A stretch of 64,000 bases of DNA. Origin: Saccostrea echinata. Lineage: Eukaryota. The notes under the pieces are model-generated. The model did no database searches. It saw nothing but the letters and a program-made list of their open reading frames with translations, and was not told the DNA's origin. Position numbers and translations under genes: made by a program. Positions within the stretch are counted from its first letter, which is position 1, and the number at the start of each line of letters is the position of its first letter. Below, piece by piece: positions 42,201 to 53,183 of this stretch. The stretch lies in contig NW_026889752.1 of NCBI RefSeq assembly GCF_033153115.1, positions 10,726,001 to 10,790,000 of the forward strand, in the 5' to 3' direction.

Positions 42201-45127
42201 TAGACCTACATACATTGATGAAGTTTGTATTTATTATACTATGAGGAAAAGGTATTCAGATTGAAATGTATGATTGTTAGAACGTAATGAAAATTCAATA
42301 AATGATTCATCATGTCACTTGTTTAAGTCAATTTTAGACATCCTAATTTTATAATTGAAAACATATTAATAGCTGTTTTATTCATTGATAAAATAAAAAG
42401 ATATGGGTTATATTATAAATGATATTTATTGACATTTCTAGTTTTTGAGTATTAAAAAATAAATTAAAAATAAAATGAAATAAATCAAAAAGTAATTTTT
42501 TTTTTATAATAAAATTTTAACCATTCTGTTGAGTTTCTTTGTAATCAAAATTAAGCACTTACAAAGAATAAGACTAGAAAAACACTAATAAAAATTGATG
42601 TCGCCATGCATAAATTCTTGCTTTAATCAATCTACTAGCAAAGAATAATTAAAATGCATGATTTGCGATGTGCCAACCATTTCCTTGTTTTTTGGTGCAC
42701 TGCCTCTTAAGAATAAATATCATTTATAACTTCATACTTTAATTTGAAGTTGAAATCGTCAGGGTATTTCATGAAAAACAATTTAATTTGTAATTATTAA
42801 TCGAGGAATTTCGACCTATAACCTTGAGAAAGCTAAGTATGTCAATCTTAATCCCCGTGTTTCCTACATGTATATCTTTTAAAACTCGATTTAAATCCTG
42901 TTGTAATGAACTGACTAATAAAAAGATTCAAATTGATTACCTCCACTAACTTTATGCTAAATTTGCTAGAATTAGCACTCTCTGGGTGCCTCTGTTTATA
43001 CTCTACTTCTTCATCAGTAATGCTATTTAATATTAAAACTTATTTATATAAAAAAAATGGGGTACCGGAGTGAGATAAAAATTTTTGTGTTTCAGCCTTC
43101 ACCGGGAGATCCTGACTGTACACCTGCTGGTCTCATTAAAGCTTGTCTCCACGGCGATGGAGTGGACAGGTAGGTCGAGAAAGACAAAAATAATTCGAAT
43201 TAAAGCAATATTTCGCTTTTGTCATTCTATTTAAAATTATCATCATTATTACTTTTTAGCTTACATGTACCTGCATCAAATGCTCAGTTGAGCTCTTCTG
43301 ACTGAAAAGTGTCTGGCGTCCGTCTGTCGTAAATTTCAACTTCTTCTGTAGAACCAAAAAGCAAATCTAACTGAACTTCCTGCAAATCATCCGTGGTTGA
43401 AGAAGATTTATATTTTAAATAGAGATACCATAAATAGGTATTTTCTGGGGATGAAATTTTTTTTATGAATTGACCTCTCAAATGTGCAAATAATTAATAT
43501 ACGTGCTTTTATTCTCTGCCGTTGCAATAGTCGGCGAAAAAAAATCATTTATGGAATATGATAACCGGATACAAAGGATTAAGCAGAGCATTGCAATGTT
43601 TTGGGTATTTAAGTATGAGATTGATGTGTAACCGTGTTCAGGATGAATCCAAATTAAAAGCAAGCTTAATACTCTACTACCTTTAAGGTAGTGTTCATTT
43701 TACTTTTATTTTGTACTGCAGTAAGCATTTTTTCTTTCTAATTATAGCACATAGCAATACATTAAAGGGTTTACATTGAAAATTAATTTCCTGAAAATAT
43801 TTTGCGCTTGCACTTTTTATGGATTTTCCCAATCTACAGAATCCAACAAAAAGTGAACAAGCACACAAAAAACCTGTAATACTGTATTTAGAAATTTGAA
43901 AAAAAAGTTCGAGAAAAGCACAGCGATACTTAACCTTCATAATATGCAAATGATTCATAGTTGTGTAGCTTCGAGATTTAGAAAATAATGGATCATGGGA
44001 TAGGATAGGTCATTAACTGATTATTAAATTTAATCTAATGCATATACTGCAAAATCACTTATTTTCGTGAGGTCTTTTTTGTGGTTGGGGGAAAAATTGA
44101 GTTCATGTGGATTTGATTTTGTAGATGAAGATTTATTGAGAAGTAATTTATGTGGAAAATTGTATTTCTTGCTGGATATAAATTCGTGGGTAGTTTCATA
44201 CCTCGAAAACAACGAAAATTAAACCCCCTCGAAAATGAGTCATTTTCACAATATGCAAACACATCTGTGAAAAATTTTGTCAAGGATAATGTCCAGTTAG
44301 TTAAGGATACACCAATGGTTTCCAAATTCCAGAATTTAATTTGCATGTAATTCTTTCAATATCAAAGATAACATAATAAAAGTATATATCATTTGAAAGC
44401 TTGTTAAATTAACTATTTAATTATCCTAATATAAACTTTAATTATTAACTTATTAAAAAATTATTTAAATATTAATGTATATTTTAGTGCATAAATATTT
44501 TATAAATTAATTTTTTTTGTATTTAACCCCTAAAAGTGGTCATTTTGCCTAAAGGTAGATTAAAGATTGAACTTAAAAACTGTATCTCAGTTTTTTTGAA
44601 AAATCTTCTAATTCAAAAGTTACAGCCATGTGCCCTCCAATGTTTCCAATTTATTGGCCTAATTTAACATTTCCCTCAGTAATTCCAAAACTAAGCTAGA
44701 TATCAAAGTCTGACCTAATATTGTAACTCATAACAAATCGTTATATTGAATTCATATACATGTATATTTTTCTATAGACCCTGATTGTGGAATTTGATTT
44801 TAAGAGTTTGATTCGTTATAGCTAATTTTAGAATTTATTTAAACGAATTTAAATCATTATAACAATTTTTTGAAGTCGTTATAACGAATTTGTTATAACA
44901 GATTAGATTCATTAAAATGAATTCAAAGAAATTGTTATAACGAATTACATTCGTTATAACAAATTCGACAATTTGTTTTATCGAATTCGAAAATATTTTT
45001 TGATACATGTAGGTCCTAAATGGGCTTCCGTAGGATTCAATTTTGGTTATGTCAAATTGAAGCTCCTTGATGCTGGTATGAGTTACAATATTAGGTCAGA
45101 CTTTTTATGCAAATGAAAACAAAACAA

Positions 45128-45158
<31 letters not shown>

Positions 45159-48100
45159 TATTTTAAAGGACACCAGGATTTATTAGGGTAGAATAAGTAT
45201 TTTGATTAAAGGTTGTTATGTTGAAATTACATTTTTTGTTAACATCAAATAATGTATTTTTTAAAAAAGATGGAAATTTTTAAAATTAATTTAAAAAAAA
45301 AAATAAATATCATTTTTTTTCCTCAGTGATACACGGTACCTGTTACTAATGACAGAAAACTATGGAGCTTTGACAGTTTTGCGACAGAAGATCCAGACAA
45401 TGAAGAATGCTATTACAATATTTGGTAGCAGCTTTCCTGGTGATCAAGAGTATAAGCAGGTATAATTTAGTGTTAAGTGACAAGTATATTCAGATAACAG
45501 TACTTCTTGTTGAATGGTACATAGTTAACAAAACATAGTACAATTACAAAAATAAAATTAGAAAAAGAACCCCATGATTAACAGAATGTGTATTAATGGT
45601 ACAAACAGGTTACAATAATCAAGCAACAGTGATCAAGAATACACACAGGTAACAGTTACAAGTAACAGTATTTAATTATTTACAAAGGTTTCAAAATCTG
45701 ATAATCTGGAGTCATACATGACACAGTGCCTAATTGATTAGACTACATACAGGTAATCATTATACTCAATAATCAAGAATTTGCAAAGATAATGTAATTG
45801 TTTCAATTCAAAAACACTTTGATAAAGTTACCCAAGATCGATAAATCTTATATCCCGCTATTTATTAAACTTTGATAATGAATATAACAACCAGGAAAGT
45901 TACCCAGTTGTTAAAGGTAAAGTAATTGTAACGAAAAATAAATCAGAGAGTCTAAGTGCTCCCATAAAAATCCTTTTGACTTGTTTTTCAGGTCTGAGAA
46001 ATTCAACTGCAAAGTTTAAAAAAAAAAAAACTTGTCAGCTTTGCCATGCTGGGCAATCAATAGGCTTGTTTCTACACTATAGTGAATGACAAGAATTTCA
46101 CTAGCAAAAAAAATACTCTAGTAAACTATAGTTAACTATAGTAAATCAAAGTTCCAAAGTTTTCACTATAGTAAATCAAAGTTCTAATGTTTTCGCTATT
46201 ATAGTAAACCAAAGTTCCAAAGTTTTTACTATAGTAAATCAAAGTTCCAAAGTTTTTACTATAGTTAATCAAAGTATCACTATACTATATCAACTTTTTC
46301 ACAATAGTTTATCAACTTATTAAAGTATTTAAATAATATTTTGCTTATTTTACCGTTTTGCAAGGGGTTGGAGTTGGGGTTGGGTGGGAGCTGTGGGTTT
46401 TGGGGTATGTTAATTTGAATTTACAAATTAGTTAATTCAAAGGCAATATTTTCATTTCTAAATTTTAAAGAATTACATTTTTACTGAAGTTGATGGAGAA
46501 GGTATTTTAGTTCTAAATGAAGCGAATTTTATTTTATAGCTTATTATTGTCCTTTCTCCATGAAAAAACATACACTACATCTACATTTAATTAAATACAT
46601 TAAAATGTTGCTCATCTGTGGCGCGACAGACAACCTTACATTAAAATTCATTTCTTGTACATTCATTTAGGGGAGGGATCGGGTTTATGTAAAATTCTCT
46701 GAAGCTTTTATGAATTTGAACATTAAATATCATAAAATGTTAATAATGAGAATAAAAAACATTATTCCTTGGGTTTTTCTATAGTAAATAAAAGTTTCAA
46801 AGTTTTTACTAAAGTTAATCAAAGTTCCAAAGTTTTTACTATAATTAACTAAAGTTCCAAAGTTTTCACTATAGTAAATCAAAGTTCCAAAGTTTTTACT
46901 TTGATACTATAGTTAACTATAGTAAACTATTGTTAACTATAGTTTATTATAGTATTTTTTAGGGTTTAAACACGGTGAAGTAGCATCATTCTCACTTCAC
47001 ATATTATATATACATACATTTATCATACTTTATACGGTGGATATTTGGTATCGTTTTCATATTAACAGCTGTGACGTTTCAATGGTTTTTGCGTAAAAAT
47101 GATGTCAATTGAGGTGGAGTCACATATAAAAACAGTGTAAAAATGTTAAAGCTATGTGTAAAACATGTTATAAAAAGAATGTGTAAAACATGTGATAAAA
47201 AGAATTTCCCATATGTTAATGGTTATTATAAGATTTGATTTTCATCTAAGTCGTTGTGTGTTTACTATCCCATCGCCAAGGCTCGAGATAGAAAATACAC
47301 AATCTGTGGACAAAAAATCATATCCAACCACAAAATATGGAAGATTCTGTACACATTTTATAGATGTATGGAAAAATTAACCGTTTAAAGATTTGCATGA
47401 AGACTGGAAACACAACGGTCCTTGTGAACTTGGAGAATCTTTATGAAAGTCTGTATGATGCCCTTGATCAGGTAATTTATCTATAATGCATTGAATTTCA
47501 ATACTGTATGACGCTTTAAACATTTGAAATTTATTCTTTGATCCCTATAAGTTCTTAGAACTTCATTTGATTTGCACATGGTTGCTTATATAGAGAAACT
47601 TGTCTTATCTATGTGTTGTGTACTCTGAAATCTTACCTAGTACGATAAGTCGCGGCTGGTTTTCAGTAAATTCAATAGATTTAAATGTTGTCTTATCCGG
47701 AATGTTTTTTTATCTGGCAAATATTTATGGAACCAATGATGTTTGGTTAAGACAAGTCCCACTGTGTGGCTGTTCATCCATATATTTGCATGTCTATCTT
47801 AATTCTTGAAATCTCTATAAAATTTTATTGCACTGTAGATCAATTTTAAGATGTGCTGGCAAGATCTTATTGTTATATAATTTGGGAAGTGAAAAACATC
47901 CATATATATCAAAAACTGTAATGTAGTCTAATTGTGATCTCATATATGATTTTATAAAGCTTTATGCCAATTTTATAATAGTTCTAGAATATTGCTGAGA
48001 TAATATTCACACACATCGCGCCACAACTAAGCATAAAACTTGATAAATTATATTTTAATGAGTTATGAATACTTTCAGATTTACGTATACTTTGGAAGAG

Positions 48101-51100
48101 AAAGATATGTAGATCTTAGATTGGGAACTCGTCCTGTCAAGAGTAGAGTCCACAAAAATTTCAGGTACAGAGAATATATGAACATTATTTTATCAGCTTG
48201 TGACCTTTGAAATCATTGAAATTAATTATAGCGGGAATTCGTCGAATAAGGTATAGATTGTATGTGGTACTTTTATAGCTACTTGCAAATCAAAATTTGT
48301 TAAAGCATGCAGAGAAAAAATAGCTAATACAGAATTAAAATCAAATAATATGATATTGATTGTAAATGGATTATACCAAAAATCTGATTGATTTTATGGA
48401 AAGCAATAAAAGTATATGTATTCTCAGGTTGATATCGTTGTAGCTGATAAGAAGGTTGTACATAGCAATGTAAACCAATAAATTATATAATTTTCAATTC
48501 ATTTACAGACTGATAGTTGTAGCAAAGAAGGAGGTTGTGTACAGTAAGTTCCCCATTCCTCTGATCCACAGACTGGAGAAACATTTCCTCAACATTTCCA
48601 CCATGTTGTCCCCAGTACAAGTCAGGCTGGCTCAGAAGTTAGAGAAATGGGCAGAACAATTTGTCAAAATAACAGTACCAATGTTCAGGAACGCAAGGTT
48701 ATTTGTGGCTTTCTTCTCCGTACCTATAATTTAATTTCTTGAAGATCTTAATGTAACAGATAATTAGTGACGGGAAAGATAATGATTTCTTTTTTTAAGA
48801 GCGTTTTTTCCGTTAAAAAGGTACAACTTCCTGAAGCGTTTTCATAATTTGTGAGAGATAATTATATTTTCTTATCGTTGATATTTTTCGGTTTCATCAG
48901 AGAGAAAGCAACTGAATACAAGATTGGACATGTATTCATGGGATTCAATGCTGATACGTGTGCTTCAATAATTCTCCATGTCTGCCAGAGATTCAGTGAT
49001 GATGACTTAGAAGGCATGGAGCAAGAGGTACAGAAAATATCTTAGGGATGGACGTTTGAAATGCAATAATATATGCATTGTTGCAGGAAGAGTTATCTTA
49101 AAAGAGAATTCTAGTAATGCAAGACTGCATCATTATAATTTTATTTGTCAAGGTTCCTGTATCACACCTACCTTTCTGTCTGTCGATCTCTCTTACAAAG
49201 GTTTTAAACATGACCATAATATAAGAGATCGACTTTCATTTATTGCCAGAATGAAAGTTAAGAATGTTTTATGATGATGTAAATGTCATAGAGATGTCAT
49301 AGATCATTTTCAACTTCGCAATAATAGGAATTTAATGCTTCTCGCTAAATGTTTCATAAAGAAAAAAAGTCAATATATTAACAAGTACAATTTTGATAAA
49401 ATAATATGTTTCATTTTCTGGCCAGGTGATGCAAGCTGCCAAGGAAGTCTTACTGTGGTGTGCCACTCCTGATGGTGTGCTGAGGGCAAGAAATAAAGTT
49501 CCTAAATGGGAATATGAATTTGTAGAGAACATTTACTATGAAAAACAGAAGCATGATAATTTACTATATTATCTTGACCAGAAGATTAGGATGGAAGATA
49601 GTGATGGGCTCCTTGCTCAGGCAAAGAATTTTTTTTCTGTTTTTAGTCACTTGAGTCAATCATGTGACCTGTTGCTACCTTTTTCGTCCGTCGTCGAGCG
49701 TAAACTCTCTCAACATTTTTAGTTTCTTCTCCAGAACCAATTGACCAAATTCAACCAAACTTATGATAAAACATTCTTGGGTATAGGAGATTCAAGTGTA
49801 TTCAAAAATAAGGGCCACATTCTCAAAAGGAAGATGGTAGTAAAAAAGATAATAGTGTAAATATTATAGGGGCTATTTAAAAAGAGGTTTTATAGCTGTA
49901 CAAGTACAACTGGGCGGAAAAAAAATATTACATTGTTATTAAAAAAAACTTTCTTACATATTGCATATTCAAAATTGTAAAAGAGTGAATCTCTAGGTAA
50001 GGGTGAAGCCACATTGGGGATTAAGATTTAACACTTGAATATAAAAGAAAAATATTCAAAGTTTCCCGATAAGTAACAGCAGGCCCAATAGTGATGCAGT
50101 AGGGCAGGCCAAAATTTAAGATCATGGTTGTATCTGTCAATACGTAGGTTTAAAAATCTTATTCTGAAGTATAACAAGGTATTGATTAGTCGTATTAAAA
50201 AGCACCCAACCTCAGGCCGTGCAGATTCATTTTTTTTTAAATTCGTGGCCCCTGAGGGGGAGGGTGGTAGAGTGCTGTAATATTAAGGGATTATGTTCTA
50301 CATGGGAATATATAGGGAAAAATCTTCTTCTGTACCCCTGGACATCAAGCAGGCAAGCTGTTAGCATGAAAAGTTCAGGAACCAGACTTCAGTGTGTGGA
50401 TAATTTGGTCACAAATTGAAAAATTCATTGCGTCTTTGAATTTTTCTCTATTTATAAAGGACATATATGGGCAAATGTAATTATTACAACGATTGCATAA
50501 CTCTATAGAAATCCCTTAAAGTCATATCCCCTGGGTTCATCGTTCATGCCCCATTGTGGGGCTACATTGGTCATAAGTTGAAATAAATATCGCATTTGAA
50601 AATCATCTTTACTCTTGGACATTTAGAAGATAAATTGTTTATATGATTATAATGAACACTGAAACCTTAAGTAAAATTGTAAAATTCATGTCCACTCCCC
50701 TCTGGCCTAATGTTTTGGCAAAAGAAAATGGCTAAGTTTATCATATACTGAAACATATGTTTTGTCCACTCTAGATATCCCAGTGAACTCGAAATAAAAG
50801 ATACCACAGAATCTGCAACATTTGTTTCATATTTGGAGGTTGACTATAGACGATAAGGGCCAACTTACAGCTAAATTGCATAACAAACGAAATGACTAGC
50901 TTTTCCATTGTCAACTTTCCTTATTTATGTAGTATCCTTCCGCTATCATCTGCATATGGGGTGTACATCTAATTCATTTGATTCCAAGAGCTTGCTCTAA
51001 GTACGTTCAATTTTTAAACCGCGGAAGGCTACTGACAGATTAGTTGCTGTTACAGGGATTTCAACAACCTCATCTTAAGTTAGCATTTCGTAAATTCTAT

Positions 51101-53141
51101 GGTTGTCATCATGACCTTGTTAGCAGATATTACCTATCATTGGGTCATATTTCGGCTGAAGTTTTTCATACAATAGTTATGCCTTTGTTTTTATGTTAAA
51201 TTCGACTATGGAATATTCCCTCTACCTAATCAATACAAAGGGATCAGGCGGGTGTGACCGCTCGACAGGGGATGTTTAGTCCTAGTAGGCACATGATCAC
51301 ACCTCCGAAATTTCCAGGGGTCCATGTTTTATGCCCCGTTCACTGGCTTGTAAAAGGCAAACTGTCCACATTTTAAAATGTTTTGTCCCCTGGCCAATGT
51401 TTAAACTCCAGAATAGGGCTAAGTCAGCCCTAAATTGAAAGTAAATAATATTTCGTTAAGATCTTTTTCTTTACTGACTTTGTGCAATCGTTTGCCTGAT
51501 TATTCAGAGCAGTTAGGCCTCTACAAAATAAAAGTGATGTCCTTTGGGACCATGGATCAGGGATGGATCAGGGATGGGGGGAGGGGCTAGGTTAGTCATA
51601 CATTGAAATTTATCTTCATTATATCAGGGCTTCAAGGGTACATGCTTCATGAATATAAGAATTATCATAGAATCCTAATCAAACTGTGAAATTCAGGCCG
51701 TAAGTGTTAATCACATGAGAAAAACCTGATACTCGGGTAATTAACAATGCCCATGGACCTTTTATTTCACTGGAGTCAGTCAGGTGTCCATTTGAAATCC
51801 GTACACACCCCTAAGTCTAGTCGTATGTCACTTATAAACTTCCTACCCACTTCCCCCTGGACGAAAGGGTGGAGCCAAAAATAAATTCATGCAACCTAAT
51901 AAAATCTTTTTACATGTATATACTCTTTGTTATCTTAGAAGCAAAGTATGTACATGTACATGAGTATAATTGGCAGTAACTCCTCTTTCAAAATCATGTA
52001 GTTCGTGCTAGTCCCTTGATTTGATGCCTAAGGTAGAAATAAGTTGGGCATTCACTACAGGAATTTATGTAACACTTAAAAACCATTCCCTTTACTTCTT
52101 GACATTTAACACGAATTCTTTTTGCATGTCTAGAAAAAGCTGAGTTAAACTGCTTCAAAATGTGAAATTAGTTTGCTTTTTCAAACTATTAGGAGTGGGA
52201 TAAGTTGTTTAATTACAAAAAAATACATGAAATATTTGGACACGTTCTCCTTACTCCCCGGCATATAGTGGTCAAAACTGTTTATAGGTGGTCACCTGAA
52301 TTATATAGGTGACCATTTGACATTTGTTTTCATTCTTGCATATTTTTTAACCTATCAGCTTTTTCCAAGAACAGCTTAAGTTTAAAATAGTATCTATGGT
52401 TCAAGTGGAACAAAATTGTGAACTTAATGGTCCCTGCATTTCGGGAATGGAGCCAAACACCTCAGAATGAATGATCTTCAGACATCTTTTATATTCTATT
52501 AAATCCAACAGTCAAAGTTTTGACATGCTTAGCTATTGGCTGTTTACCAAATTATGAAATTCTTGATCCCTGAGGTCAGGGACCAGGCTCCAGGTTGATT
52601 TGTAATATACTAGAAATGCATTTAACGTGTATCTTATGAAATTAACTTTTTTTTAGTAAAAACAAACTTCTAGCAGATAAGTTTTTTTGCATTATTATAC
52701 ATGTTTTCTAATTTTTACCAAAACGGTGATGGATTTTATTTTGTCCCCTGGGTCCATGGTTTAGGCCTTAGGATGGTCATATACTAAAAATAAATAACAA
52801 TCCCATAAAAACCATCTTCTATACTGATGGACATTAAGTTAGCAAACTGTTTCTTTGACAATAAAACACTTAGCTCTCAACCAAAATTTTGAAATATGGG
52901 GCTAACAAGACCATATATTAAAGACCACATATTAATCATATATTACACGTACAAAAATTATCTATACTCATGGACACCAGGAAGAAATTTGTTTCCATGA
53001 TTTAAATAAGCCACCTGAATGAATATGACAAAATACAAATGATTACATGTACCTGTTGTATTACACGTTTTTGCAATCAATTTGGATAAACTTTTTCAAA
53101 ATATTTTTTTCTTTTAAATAGAAAAATTGGAATATTGATCA

Positions 53142-53183
<42 letters not shown>

